A stretch of 63,408 nucleotides of DNA, filler included, from Chiloscyllium plagiosum (taxonomy: Eukaryota), in NCBI RefSeq assembly GCF_004010195.1. It is 7 parts of 7 records of this genome, joined end to end, with 100 filler letters (N's around TTAATTAATTAA, not from the genome) between each part and the next. Parts side by side here need not be neighbours in the genome. Positions count along the whole stretch, not along the records: positions 33,890 to 40,684 come from NW_025200822.1; positions 40,785 to 50,598 come from NW_025204753.1; 5 more parts are not named here. The stretch is one strand, 5' to 3'. Below, piece by piece: positions 34,847 to 49,067 of this stretch (the stretch's first letter is position 1; every line of letters begins with the position of its first letter). The notes under the pieces are model-generated. The model made no database searches and was not told where the DNA came from. It worked only from the letters and a program-made list of their open reading frames with translations. The position numbers and the translations under genes were made by a program.

Positions 34847-37800
34847 GAGGTTTTGCTTAAACATGGACACAAACACATCTTGGGATATTTGTTTCGCTGA
34901 ATAGCTTCTTTGGAAGTAAATTTGAGTAGCTTCAGGTCTGTTTCACATGATAGTTACATGTATTTTGTTTTAAAAAAAAACCGAATTCAACTGGCAGTTA
35001 GCTCCCTTTATTTCTACATTCATTCACAAGCAGATAAAACTAAAATTAAAGTTCAAACGTATTACTAGCTAATAAAACAGGTGAGCTTTTCTTCCCTGGA
35101 TACTGCAAGTCTCTGTTGCACTACAAAATAAAATGTAATTCATACGAAACATTTCAAAATTCAATTTAGACAACTGAATACAGAGCGCATCCAAAGTGAT
35201 TATATTTAGAATATTCAATTAGAAGTTAACTCCCTTTAATCCTACATTCCACCACAAGCAGATAAAGCTAAAAAGAACTTCAATAATATTATTAGCCAAC
35301 AAAGTGAATGACTTTATTTTTGCTGTCAATCAAATTCTCTCTCACATTACAAAATAACATACCATTTCTAATCTGCGTTTCTAAATTCAGTTTAGGCAAC
35401 CTAATATGGAGCATGTCGAAAGTGATTATGTTCAGAATGTGAGTGTATGTCAATAAACAGTTTGGACCCAGAGATTAGAAGCACCTCCTTACATTGCAGA
35501 ATGTCTCTCCTTGCACCTTTTTTTTTCCAAATTGCTCCGACACTAAAATGCACAGTAAAGAAAAGCTGTGTGCCTGAGAAACAAAATGTGAGTCCGTAGT
35601 GATACATAACACCTAGGTAAACTTTTGAAAGAGCATCTAATGAACTAGAACAAGACAGCCCCGAAGATTTTTTAAATCCTCAACGTCTAAACCATTGCAT
35701 GTAACAGTCTGGGTACATCAGGAATGTTTGGTTAAATTAGAGAGTATTACAGTAATAATTACCACGAATGTAGGTTATAAACAGTACATTTCTCTGCTCA
35801 CTGATAGCTCTGACAGGGCAGTTAACTCATAAAAATCAGCAGAAAATTCGCTGTTACACTACACCAGTGTTAACCATGTATAAAGGGCCCACTCAGTTTT
35901 AATGAGATACATGAATCAGAGAATGGTGTAACAAGTGATGTGAGTTTGAACCAATTCAATTTTGTTAATTTACTTTGAGATGATAACAAATGTTACTGCA
36001 ATGTGGGATTTTGGATCCATTAACTTCATATTCAGGAGCTTTAAAGATACTCAATAAACAGACTGAACTAACCAGAACGTCATTGCATTTAATGTTCTGT
36101 TTTCTGATAGTCATACAGTGAATGCTGTATTCAGTGACTTTCCTTTTAAAGGAAGAAATGCCAAGTGAAATGTATCCATTGTGAGTAAATGGGAAAATAT
36201 AATTTGTTTGGTAGGACTTTATTTTAGTTGATTCATTTTCCCTTTAATCGGCCGGATACAATAGTTGGCAGCAATTAAGCTGACTGCAGAAAAGGTCCTT
36301 GAGTTCCCAGTTTCATTTACTGGAAGCAGCTGGAGTTTCTGTAGTGGATCAGAGATATTTTCTCTCACTGTTGATCAGTTGGTGGAAAGCCAACTGCAAA
36401 CCATAACCACCGCCTCCGTAGAAACAAATCGACTCAGCAACAATGCTGGAGAAAAGTTTATTTTCAGTTGTGTAACTTGGAGAACTAGTCACTCCTCTCA
36501 TTGAAGGAAATATTCGCAAAGTCTCAGACACAACCTTAACATCAACAGTTCATTCAAGGATCACTACAGCACTGTTTAATATTGAGAAAAATTAATAAAT
36601 AGTCATAGAGTCATGTAGTGATACAACATGGTTACAGACCCTTCGGTCCAACCAGTCCATGCCAGTCCTAATCCCAAACTAAACTTATCCCACCTGTGTG
36701 TACTTGGCCCATATCCTTCCAAACATTTGATATTGTTCCAAATGTCTGATCCAAATGTCTTCTAAAGGTTGTAAGTATCCACTACCAAATCATCCCACAT
36801 ACAAACCATTTTCTGTGTAAAAGTTTGTCTCTGATATCCTTTTAAAAAACTTTCTCCACTCATTGGAAAAACATGTTCCTTATTGTTGAAATCCCCCACC
36901 ATAGGGAAAATACACCAATGTCTGGGTCAAAAATTAAAAACAATCCCAGCTCCAAACATTTACAAAATATCACTATGGATCTTCCTCGAATCCAAAAAAG
37001 ATTGTCCCCTTTGATCAATGATTTGTAAAATTTACTCGCGTATCTACTGTGATAGACGTTTTCAAATAACTTCTTAAGTGCAAATGGTTCACATCAATCG
37101 GATTAAAGTAACATTTCGTGCGCTACCCCCACACACAAAAAAACAAGTTTGTTGACANNNNNNNNNNNNNNNNNNNNNNNNNNNNNNNNNNNNNNNNNNN
37201 NNNNNNNNNNNNNNNNNNNNNNNNNNNNNNNNNNNNNNNNNNNNNNNNNNNNNNNNNNNNNNNNNNNNNNNNNNNNNNNNNNNNNNNNNNNNNNNNNNNN
37301 NNNNNNNNNNNNNNNNNNNNNNNNNNNNNNNNNNNNNNNNNNNNNNNNNNNNNNNNNNNNNNNNNNNNNNNNNNNNNNNNNNNNNNNNNNNNNNNNNNNN
37401 NNNNNNNNNNNNNNNNNNNNNNNNNNNNNNNNNNNNNNNNNNNNNNNNNNNNNNNNNNNNNNNNNNNNNNNNNNNNNNNNNNNNNNNNNNNNNNNNNNNN
37501 NNNNNNNNNNNNNNNNNNNNNNNNNNNNNNNNNNNNNNNNNNNNNNNNNNNNNNNNNNNNNNNNNNNNNNNNNNNNNNNNNNNNNNNNNNNNNNNNNNNN
37601 NNNNNNNNNNNNNNNNNNNNNNNNNNNNNNNNNNNNNNNNNNNNNNNNNNNNNNACCATATTGTTCAATTTTAGTTGGCTTCAAACACCATAAAAAATAA
37701 ATGTTCGTGTCATTGCTGATTTATGGGAGAATTCCGTGTACACAGTATCTGCTGAAATACCTGCAGTACCATCCTGAATCTGGTTCGCAGTTCATCTGTT

Positions 37801-38391
37801 GCTCACAAACGCAACCAGACATCACTGAATAGTGAACATCGACCACCCCCACCCCTCCACCCTTCCCCTCTGTACTTTGCACTTTGTGAAATCCGTGTTG
37901 TCAATAATCAGTTAAAATAAAGTTTTTTAAAAACTTTCTTAATTCATGTTGCTGATCTTGGCTGAATAAAGGTATGTTGCTGTCAGCATTTCTGGGGAAC
38001 ATGCCTGGATTTTTTTCATTTCAGTTCACAATGATATTAAGTCAAGAATAGTCAAAATGTCCTGAGGAACAACGTTTAGAAATTGGCCTATGAGCTCCTC
38101 AGGGCTGTACCAACTGTTTGAATATTGATACAATTCTGCCCCTACTTTTTCCCCACAAGCCAGGATTTACAGCATTGGAGATCATATCTATGTTGATAAT
38201 GGGTTAGACCCCAAACAATGTTCCCGAATGTTTACAGTGCTATCACCTGCAGGGTTATGGACAACATGCTATAAATTGGGTGATGGCTGGAAGGCTCTGT
38301 CTTCATGTGATACAGGTGCGATGGGCGAAGTGATCTCTCTCTGTCGTGAAAACTTCCTACTACTCGAAATTCATCTTTCCTACTTTGTCTC

Positions 38392-38815
38392 CAGGATGTT
38401 GCCTGGAATGGAGAATAGGTAGTTCGAGGATATGTTGAGAGTGCTAGGCTTTTTCTCATTGGAAAGGCGAAGGAAGAGGGGTGACTTGATAGACGATTAT
38501 AAGATGATCAGGGGAATAGATAGAGTAGACATTCAGAGACTTTTTCCCCGGGTACAACATAGTGTTACAAGGGGATATAAATTTAAGGTGAAGGGTGGAA
38601 GGTATAGAGGGGATGTCAGGGGTAGGTTCTTTACCCAGAGCGCGGTGGGGGCATGGAATGCGCTGCCTGTGGGAGTGGCTGAGTCAGAATCATTGGTGAC
38701 CTTTAAGCGGCAATTGGACAGGTACATGAATGGGTGCTTAGGCTAGGACAAATGTTTGGCACAACATCGTGGGCCGAAGGGCCTGTTCTGTGCTGTATTG
38801 TTCTATGTTCTATGT
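38392..38815 (+). mobile_element. CR1 LINE 3' end with (TTCTATG)n tail
   Basis: FSLERRRKRGDLI..FFTQSAVGAWNALP. Confidence 0.88.
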
Positions 38816-39934
38816 CTCGTTCAGAGGCTCTAATTCACATGATTCATACCGGAAATATTCCAAGCATCCGTTTCAATGAGATCAAGACACTCCACCTGAT
38901 AGTCTGGCTAGTGATGTGGAAATTAATGGTCTAATTAATGGTGCCAGACGATGCCTGGGGCAACATCACTTTATTCAACTAAAGTCAGCAATATACATTA
39001 TCAATGTGAAAGGCACAAACTGTACTTTTACCCAGATCAGCCAGTTTCATCTGCAGTCAGACACAAAATTCAGAACATTGCACAGAAGAGAGACGAGCCC
39101 TCACAACATTGGAAATGATTTTATTTGATAAAACAGTCCATCATAGACTTGCTGAGAGCAACTCGTGAATATTGTTTGATTTCTTTTTGTATGAGGTAAC
39201 ACATGAAATGTTACTGTATTCTGACTGATGTAAACCATTTGCACTTCAAGTTATTTGAAAACGTCTATCACAACAGATATGTTAGTAAATTTTAGAAATC
39301 ATTGATCAAAGGGACAATGTTTTTTGGATTCAAGGAAGATCCATAGTGATATTTTGTAAACATTTGGAGCTGTGATTGCTTTAAATTTTGAACTAAGACA
39401 TTGGCATACAGTGCACAACTTCACAATTTGCTGTAACATGAAACTCGCAACCACTGTGAACCTGGAAGGCTACGGTTCAGAATTTAACAAGGACCTCGCA
39501 AGGTTCGTGGAATGGACCAACGAATGATTCATGAAATTTAACAAAGGCATTTCTGAAATGATTAATTTAGCTAGGAAGAATGTCGAGACACAAATTCACA
39601 TCTCTGTTTGCATTTCAATATACTATAAATTACTTTTCTATTATATCCTAAAATGCTTGTGCCTTTGTTCATATTTAATACACTCTATCTTGTTCCGGTG
39701 TTAAGATAGTTTCTTTAGTTATTTAACTCAAGACTGTATGCTGTATTTTTGCCTCAGTATTGACCAAACTCGGTTTGGTGCCAGCTTATACCACTTGAGC
39801 TGCTTTTTCAGGAAGTGAATCTCTCCACCTGTTATGTCAAAATAATCTGTTCGTGCTTAGATCAAAATAAATCCTGTTCATATCATCCCAAATTCAGGCT
39901 CGGTTATTTTGTATTTATTCATTGGAAATGATCA

Positions 39935-40684
39935 GAATATGACCGGACTGTTCTTGGTGGAGTGGGAGAGGGAGTTAAAGTGGTCAGCCACGGGGCCGTG
40001 GGGTTGGTTGGCAAGGGTGTCCCAGAGATGTTCTCTGAAATGATCCTCAAGTTAGTGTCCTGTCTCCTTGATGTAGAGGAGACTACATCAGGTGGAACAG
40101 ACACAGTGGATGACATTTGTGGAAGTATAGACAAATTTCTCTGGGATGTGGTAGGATCATTTGGGGCCTTGTCGGAGGTGAGGGGGGAGGTGTGGGCTGA
40201 TGTAGGGGCATGGACCTGTCGAGGGAGTGGCGGAGGGAATGGTGTCTCCGGAATGCAGATAGGGGTAGGGAGGGAAATAATGCAAGGTTGGTGCGGTGGA
40301 AGATGAGGACCAGGAGGGCTCCCTGTTGCGATTGGAGGGATGGGGTTCAAGGGCATCGTCGACCACATGGGAGAGGAAATTGCAGTCTTTGAAAAATGAG
40401 GTTATCTGGGATGTTTTATGGTGGAACTGGTCCTCCTGGGAGCAGGTGCAGTGTAGGCAGAGGAAATGACAATAAGTGATGGCATTTTTACAGGAGGTCA
40501 GGTAGGAGGAGTGTAGCCCAGGTAGCTGTGTGAGTCAATGGGCTTGTAGTAAATGTTTAGTCGGTCACTGGAGATAGCGGTGGAGAGGTCTAGGAAAGGG
40601 AGGGAGGTGTCCGAGATGGTCCCTGTGAAGTTTAGGACAGTGTGGAAGGCCTTAGTAAAGTTGATGAACTGTTCAACCTCCTAG
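39935..40684 (-). mobile_element. Penelope-like element fragment (GIY-YIG region, degenerate)
   Basis: Minus-strand frames give NVIHCVCSTxCSLLYIKETG..DHFREHL, the GIY-YIG pattern of Penelope-like ORFs. Confidence 0.6.
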
Positions 40685-40784
40685 NNNNNNNNNNNNNNNN
40701 NNNNNNNNNNNNNNNNNNNNNNNNNNNNTTAATTAATTAANNNNNNNNNNNNNNNNNNNNNNNNNNNNNNNNNNNNNNNNNNNN
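40685..40784. other. Artificial spacer
   Basis: N44-TTAATTAATTAA-N44. Confidence 0.97.
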
Positions 40785-41294
40785 TTCATTGGTCAGAGCA
40801 CTGAGTGCAGGAGTTAGAGCTTCATATTGTACCTGTCCAAAACATTGAAATGAACTGCCAGAGGAAGGGGTAAATGCAGAGATAGGTCCAACATTTAGAA
40901 GACATTTGAACAGCTCCAGGAACTGGATAGGTCGGGATGGATATGGGCCAAAGGCAGGCAAGTGGAATTAGTTTAATTTGGGAACTCTGGTCAGCATGGA
41001 TGAGCTGGACCAAAGGAACTGTTTCTGTGCTGTACGACTTTATGACTCACTGACTTTATGGTGGAGTAGGCCCAAAGTTGGAAGGTGGTGAGCAAGTGAG
41101 GGGCTAGATTGGGAATGTGGGACAGTTTGGGCTGGTAGGCTTTGAGGTGTTGGCTGGCTGCTGGGTAAGCTTGCATACACTCTGTCTGGCAAGGTGGCAT
41201 CAAGGTAAATGGTAATGGTCACAGGATAATTTGGGCGAATTGTGCTTGGTAGGTGAGGGGTAGTTTGAGCTGAAATGCAGGAGGTCTGTCTTTG

Positions 41295-41411
41295 CCAGGC
41301 TGGTTTATGGAGAGGTGAGCAGGATGCCAGGCTAGTTAGTGTAGAGGGGGGCAGAGTGCCAGGCTGGTTAGTGTAGAGGTGGGCAGAGTGCCAGGATGTT
41401 TCGGGGGTGGA
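41295..41411 (+). repeat. Minisatellite (about 32-36 bp unit) flanking an assembly gap
   Basis: GCAGAGTGCCAGGCTGGTTAGTGTAGAGG repeated up to the N run. Confidence 0.7.
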
Positions 41412-41842
41412 NNNNNNNNNNNNNNNNNNNNNNNNNNNNNNNNNNNNNNNNNNNNNNNNNNNNNNNNNNNNNNNNNNNNNNNNNNNNNNNNNNNNNNNNN
41501 NNNNNNNNNNNNNNNNNNNNNNNNNNNNNNNNNNNNNNNNNNNNNNNNNNNNNNNNNNNNNNNNNNNNNNNNNNNNNNNNNNNNNNNNNNNNNNNNNNNN
41601 NNNNNNNNNNNNNNNNNNNNNNNNNNNNNNNNNNNNNNNNNNNNNNNNNNNNNNNNNNNNNNNNNNNNNNNNNNNNNNNNNNNNNNNNNNNNNNNNNNNN
41701 NNNNNNNNNNNNNNNNNNNNNNNNNNNNNNNNNNNNNNNNNNNNNNNNNNNNNNNNNNNNNNNNNNNNNNNNNNNNNNNNNNNNNNNNNNNNNNNNNNNN
41801 NNNNNNNNNNNNNNNNNNNNNNNNNNNNNNNNNNNNNNNNNC

Positions 41843-42891
41843 CATACCAAACAACATCCTGGTAAACCTCCTCTGGACTCTTCCAAAGCTTCCACATTCT
41901 CCCTATAATGTGGTGACCAGAACAGTACACAATACTCCCAAGTGCAGCCACACCAGAGTTTTGTACAGCCGCAGCCTAACCTCGTGGTTCTGAAACTCAG
42001 TTCCTCTATCGATGAAAGCCAACACAAAGTATGCCTTCTTAACAACTCTATCAAACTGGCTGGCAACTTTTAGGGATCTATGTACGTGGACACCGAGATC
42101 TCTCTGCTCAGCTACACTACCAATATGGCTTGCCTTGGATGTGTTTCGTGTGATAGGGGTTGTGTGTTCCGGGCATGAATGGGTGTATAGCAGGGTAGGG
42201 TTTGTCAATGTGAGTGGGAATTTAGGTCGAGACAGAATAAGTGCAGTGGTTAGTCTGCGACATGAGGTTTGGTGGTGAACTGTGTGTCAGTTTGATAGTT
42301 ATTAAAGTTAAAGATTACTTGTTCGTTTCTCAAATCATATTTACGTAAATACTCAGCTGTAACACTCCAAAGTCTCTGAACCTTAATGGTCCTCCATTTT
42401 TCAGAGGCCTCCAGAATTCAGATAATTGTAAATGAGATGTTTCAACTTCCAGCCAATTGGCATGAGTTCAGCCGTGACAGCCATCCTCCCCGTCCCAGTG
42501 CTCAGCTCCTGCCTGTGCTGCTGCTGCAGTGACCTTCCTCCCAGAGAGAACATTCTACCTTGCATTGATAAGTGAGGAAGGCTCACTGGACCTGATTTCC
42601 AAGTATGGGGACGGCAAACACGGGGGGACACAACTTTAAAGTGAGGGGAGATAGGTATAAGACAGATGTCAGAGGTAGTTTCTTTACTCATTAAGTAATA
42701 AGGGTATGGAATGCTTTGCCTGCAACGGTAGTAGATTCGCCAAGTTTAAGTACATTTAAGTCGTCATTGGGCTAACATATGGATGTACATGGGATAGTGT
42801 AGGTGGGATGGGCTTCAGATTAGTATGACAGGGCAGCGCAACATCGAGGGCCGAAGGGCCTGTACTGCGCTGTAATGTTCTATGTTCTATG
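41843..42891. mobile_element. CR1 fragments (- 41843-42121; + 42600-42891 with TTCTATG tail)
   Basis: QRDLGVHVHRSLKVASQFDRVVKKAY; CR1 3'UTR. Confidence 0.82.
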
Positions 42892-42958
42892 ATTCACTCT
42901 GACTTCTTTCCGGGGGTACTGCCAGCTGTTGGGTATTTCCAGCAGCACCGTACCTAGT

Positions 42959-43275
42959 GGGGCGGCACGCTGGTTCCGTGGTTAGCGCTGCTGCCTCACA
43001 GTGCTAGGGACTCGGGTTCCATTCCAGCCTCGGGTGACTGTCTGTGTGGAGTTGGCACTTTCTCCCCATGTCTGTGTGCGTTTCCTCCTACAGTCCAAAG
43101 ATGTGCAAGGTTGGGGAATTGCAAATGTTGTGTTCAGTGATTGGGAGGTTAGGTGCATTAGTCAGGGTTAACTGTAGCATAATAGGATAGGGGAATGGGT
43201 CTGGATGCATTACTTTTCAGAGGGTGGGTGTGGACTTGTTGGGCCAAATGGCCTGTTTGCACACACTGTAGACTT
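42959..43275 (+). mobile_element. HE1/V-SINE-type SINE
   Basis: GGGCGGCACGCTGG..GTGGTTAGCGCTGCTGCCTCACAG..GGGTTCCATTCC, with a CR1-like tail. Confidence 0.8.
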
Positions 43276-43621
43276 TAGTTGAATCTGCATTTCCTTGGTT
43301 TGTAGTTTGTGAAACTTCTCTGCTCTTCACAGCAATCCAGTGAAAGTGTCAGTTGGTGAGATCTTCAAACAGTTACTGGGGTGGGATCAGGATGTTCTGC
43401 TTCCTAAATTATATGGCAATGGTCAAGGTCAAGGTCATGTTTCTAAAGAGGAAACCAATGATCATGATCAGCAACTGATAGGAAACAAAAATAAACCCCA
43501 GTTATGCTGTCGACTTCAGCGGGAGCATACTGGCAAACGTTTGCAGCTGAGGATACATTTGAGTAACTGATCAGGTCAAATTAACAGAAACTAACATGCT
43601 CAATTGGTTATTCTGTTGTAG

Positions 43622-43927
43622 AGACACCGTCTCCCCCCACGCTTTATGGCCTGGTCTCCTCCTGTCAGGAGCACAACACCGGTTCTGTGATCTTTGGTTG
43701 TTTGGCGATGGACTATTCCCCTGACGTCACCAAGGTAACCTGGAAGAAAGGTGGGGAGCTAATCACGACTGGATTGAAGATTTACCCATCAGTGAGAAAC
43801 AAGAAGGGAACCTACACCCTGAGCAGCCAGTTAACCCTGCCCGGGTCAGCAGTAGATTGCCCCAGCAAAATCTCCTGTGAGGTTCAACACAGCGGGACAC
43901 ACAAGAGCAAAGAAATACCATGTCCAG
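43622..43927 (+). CDS. IGHM: IgM heavy chain CH1 exon
   Basis: 306-nt phase 1-1 exon encoding [41 protein letters not shown]...[17 protein letters not shown]...ISCEVQH...IPCP. Confidence 0.9.
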
Positions 43928-46807
43928 GTACGTGTTGTAGGAACTGAGATAAACAGATCATCTGTGATTAACATGAATAAGGCATTATTTATAACCGTTT
44001 TCACAGACCCACCTTATACAGCACAGGAAAAAGGCCCTTTGATCCACCCAATTCACGCCTATCAATAACAGCCACCTAACCANNNNNNNNNNNNNNNNNN
44101 NNNNNNNNNNNNNNNNNNNNNNNNNNNNNNNNNNNNNNNNNNNNNNNNNNNNNNNNNNNNNNNNNNNNNNNNNNNNNNNNNNNNNNNNNNNNNNNNNNNN
44201 NNNNNNNNNNNNNNNNNNNNNNNNNNNNNNNNNNNNNNNNNNNNNNNNNNNNNNNNNNNNNNNNNNNNNNNNNNNNNNNNNNNNNNNNNNNNNNNNNNNN
44301 NNNNNNNNNNNNNNNNNNNNNNNNNNNNNNNNNNNNNNNNNNNNNNNNNNNNNNNNNNNNNNNNNNNNNNNNNNNNNNNNNNNNNNNNNNNNNNNNNNNN
44401 NNNNNNNNNNNNNNNNNNNNNNNNNNNNNNNNNNNNNNNNNNNNNNNNNNNNNNNNNNNNNNNNNNNNNNNNNNNNNNNNNNNNNNNNNNNNNNNNNNNN
44501 NNNNNNNNNNNNNNNNNNNNNNNNNNNNNNNNNNNNNNNNNNNNNNNNNNNNNNNNNNNNNNNNNNNNNNNNNNNNNNNNNNNNNNNNNNNNNNNNNNNN
44601 NNNNNNNNNNNNNNNNNNNNNNNNNNNNNNNNNNNNNNNNNNNNNNNNNNNNNNNNNNNNNNNNNNNNNNNNNNNNNNNNNNNNNNNNNNNNNNNNNNNN
44701 NNNNNNNNNNNNNNNNNNNNNNNNNNNNNNNNNNNNNNNNNNNNNNNNNNNNNNNNNNNNNNNNNNNNNNNNNNNNNGTCACGCAGACACCCGATGACTA
44801 TTATCCCCTGCTCCCACCACTCAGCCAGTTCTAGATCCAATCTGTCAAATTAACTTGGATCCCATTGGCTCTGATTATTGCTATCATCTGGACATCGAGT
44901 TATCTCTATGAAAACTACTATCAAATTGTTACACGTGACTTCCTCTCAATAAAACCGTGCTGAAAATTGTTGATTTATCTTCCAAATGAAAACTAATTTC
45001 ACTTCTCAATAGTTTCCCTACCACTGAGACTAGCTTGACAGATCTGTGTTTTCATTATTTATCCCTTCCTTCGTCCTGCATAACAGTGCAACGTTGGCTG
45101 ATCTACACTCACTTGGCACAACTGCTGTGGCCAGACAGGAATTCTAAATTATTGTCAGCGACCCAACTATTTCATCCTTTGCATCGCTCAACCGCTTGGT
45201 ATACTTTTCATTTGCCCTGGAAATATAACCACTTTTCATTCAGCAAGACAACACAGGACATCACGTCATGTGTCCTAATTTCTGAAAGTACATCACAACA
45301 CCCCTCCATGATTTCTGTCCCCACACTGTCCCTCTTCCTAGTAAACACTGACACAACACATTCGTTTTGACCACCACCTAATCCTCCGGCTCCACTCCAA
45401 TAATAACACTTAATGGGCATTATTATTTCCCGAATAATTCTTTTATTATGAATGAGCCTGTAACTTTTAAAAATATTTTCCTTTATTTTGACTGCTATTA
45501 TTTTCTCATGGTCCCTTTTGCTCTTCTAATTCCTTTGTCTTTCAAACTCCCCCTTGCACGTTCTGTACTCCATATTAGTTTCTATTGTTTTGAGATTTCA
45601 GTATAGACCGGAAGCCTCCCTTGTTTCTCTTTATCTCCCCCTCCATGCCCTTTGGTGTCCAGAGCCCGCTGCATTCTTGGTCCCACGCAGTGGCTTCCTG
45701 GGAAATGCCCTCCCTGTGATTTTCCTATCTCTTTCTTACATGTGTCACACTGCTCTGACTCAGATTTACCAATAAGTGTCAGCTTCCAGTCCACTCTGGT
45801 CAAGTCATTACCTGATTTTACTAAAATTGTCCTTCCCCTTTTCAGAACTTTGGGCCAATTTCTATTCCTTTGCAGTACAATCTGAAATCCAACTGATTTA
45901 CCATCACTGTCTGCAAAGTGCTCCACCATTGATATTTTACCCAATGGGTCGACTTCATTCCCTAAAGTTAAGTTCAGATTCACCACTCTATTGCAATGTC
46001 TGGATTAAAATTCTCTGTATTAAACACATACTTTGTTCAAATATTCTCCTGGAGGCATTTTCAGAATTGTGCTCCCTCTCAACTTTTGACAAAATGAATA
46101 TCCAAGCCTATGCTGAGGAAGTTAAAAATCTCTTTTTCTCATTCCCCTATTTAATTTACATGTCTCTGAAATTTGCCCATGTATTTGCACTTGGTCTTTT
46201 GGACCTATAGTAAGGTCTATCGTGCTCTCCCAATCATTATGTTTGCTGTATTTTGGTTTTGAAGTACTGTCCATTTGCCTTTGTTCAAGGAGGTATCCAT
46301 GATTTCATTTCTCTTTACAGCCTAAAATACTCTTGTCAGAATTGCGACAGAAGCAACATTCTGTACCGCACACCCCCGCCCCCATCATTTTCCATCTTTC
46401 CCTGTCTCGTCTGAAGGCACTAAATCCTGGAATATTGAATAGCCACTCCTGCCTGGCTCTCAATATGTCTCCGTGATAGCAACGGCATCATATCTTCATT
46501 TATGCCAGTAATTCGTCTGCCTTGTTCATCAGACTCTGTCATTAAAACGAATACCATCCAACGTTGCTATCTCCCTTCTGATGTTACCAGCCTATAGTTT
46601 CTGTGCCTCCTTGACTCCCTTGCTGTGTCCTCTAAGTTTAGCCTTTCACATTGTCCTGCTGATCTTTCTGTGTGGATCCCAGCTTCTCCAGCACTCTGCA
46701 CAATTATGATTCTTGTATCCATTAACCACAAGAAACCTTGATATATGAGAACTGATTGCATTTGTTATGAAATTCATCGGATAATGTATGCGATGTGTTT
46801 CCTAAAG

Positions 46808-47119
46808 GTCCAGATATTCTCCCACCAACCCTTCTCCTAACTGTGAGCTCCAGTGAAGACATCGCGAGCAGCAAGTTTGCAACCGTCGTCTGTTCAATCA
46901 TCGAGTTCCATCCGAAGTCAATCTCCGTGAGTTGGTTGAAAAATGGCCGACACTTGGATTCTGGCTTCTTCACGTCTCCCGTGTGTGAGGCGAACGGGAA
47001 CTTCTCGGTGACGAGTCGGCTGATGGTCCCTTATGGTGAATGGTACAACAGTGCGGTCTATACCTGCCAGGTCACTCATGGAGAGAACACTCAAAGTAAA
47101 AACATCACCGCACTCCAGG
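46808..47119 (+). CDS. IGHM: IgM heavy chain CH2 exon
   Basis: 312-nt phase 1-1 exon encoding [50 protein letters not shown]; GTAAGA donor. Confidence 0.9.
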
Positions 47120-49067
47120 GTAAGAGACACAGACTGAGAGAGCTACAAATCATTCTGAACTCTGATGTGAATCAAACACACTAATTTATCAGGCGTAGTA
47201 AACAGCACGGTACAGCTTCTCATTTCCCAACATGCCACGTATCTCATTTCAGTTTGAGTGTTACATTAGCATTGTTCATAATTCACCATTTTGGCAAGTC
47301 AGAAAAGCATGTTTCCTCTCTGTTGAAGATAGATATATAGACAGTGAGCTTTGTTAAATAGTTTGTTGCCAGACCATGCTGGGAGAGGCATTCAGAGTGC
47401 TGAATCTTTGCCTGGTAGCTGCTTCAAGGATAAGTTTGGGGGTGGAGGGGGGATATTGGAGAGATATCTGATTGAAACATAGAAAATACTGAGAGACTGA
47501 GGTCGAGTGAATGTGGAATAGATGCTTTGACTAGTAGGCGAGACTAGGACCCAAGGGCACAGTCTCAGGGTCAAAGGGGCACCGTTTAGAACTGGGATGG
47601 GGAGGAATTTCTTCAGCCAGAGGGTGATGAGTCTGTGGAACATGTTGCTGCAGAGGGCTGTGGAGGCCAGGCCATTGTGTGTATTCAAGCCAGAGATAGA
47701 TCGGCTCTTGTTTAGTACGGGGAGAAGGCAGGAGAATGGCTTTAGCCCGAAACGTCGTTTTTCCTGCTCGTCGGATGCTGCCTGACCTGCTGTGCTTTTC
47801 CAGCATCATTCTGATCTAAACTCTGGATTGGCCGAACAGCCTTATTCTGAACCTCTAACAAATTGACGTGGTTAAAATATGCAGTGACCCTTACTTGAGA
47901 ATAAATCAAAATGCGTTCAATGCTTCATTCCCTGCTCAGGAATGACCTGTTGGTTGGACATTGTACGACATCGATTTTTATCTGGTACTGAGCTCTTTAA
48001 CTTCATTTATGGGATCAGACCGCAGACCAAGTGGGTATCACATTTGATGAACGGGGATAAATGTGATCTCACTGAGCTTCTTTAAGATGCCCTCTGTAAT
48101 TAGTGGATGAGGCAGGAGAATAAATTCTGGTGGGAATACTACAATAGGGATGAATGAACTAGGAACTCGAGACAGGCTGATTTAGCCTGGTTTGGGGTGG
48201 CGATGTTTACACAGTGAGTAGTGGATGTCTATAAAATTAGTGACATTTCCATCGCGTTTGTAGATTAAGTTAAGACGCTTTTGTTTGTGTTTGTTTTCTC
48301 TCCTGCTCTATGAAGAATTTAAAAAATGCAGCTTGGTAAATAAAGTAAAAGTACAGACCAGTTATGAACTAACTGAATGGAGGGAAAGACTTAAGGAGAT
48401 GGGTGTCCTTCCCGATATCCAATGCTGTACTCAATGTCTTGTTTTCAGATCTATTCCAAACACAGCCCACGAGGAACAATGACATAAATTAGAGAATGAC
48501 ATCACACCAATAACGCAAAGTATTTTTAATCATGTTAAATATAATGAACAGAATTTCCATGGCTGTTCACCACTCCTGTAACACTTTAGAACTCTGCAAA
48601 GAGAATAATAATTATTTATTATAATCTGTCCAAAATTTGGGATGTGATTTGGCAGTCAGTGTGACCAGCAGCACTTGCACCTAAAGGTTATGAACATGGA
48701 AATGAACTCATTATATTCAGATTACTCTTGTCACAAGTATAAATGGATGGTCTTAAGTGAGAGACAAACTCCGAAAGAAAGATAATTCCATGGGTTACAT
48801 GATGGTATCTTCGATGATTTTACTTTTTTCACAGGTTTCACTTGTTACAAAGCCAGTGTTCTTTCGGAATAATTACACAGGGTATGTCATAGGTAATCAC
48901 AAATGTTTCACAGATCAAAATACATCAACAATAGTAAGCATCGTTTCAGAATAGTTGGAGTTGCCATTTTGGAGGTGGTGTCTTCACCCTGTGAAGGAGT
49001 AATCTGAAGATTGGCTGTTTGTATCAGAAAGGGGCATTTTTCATTGACTTTGATTTTTGTTTCATAG

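Noticed and set aside
37103-44840. Long ORFs made mostly of X
   Set aside because: Artefacts of translation through N gaps.
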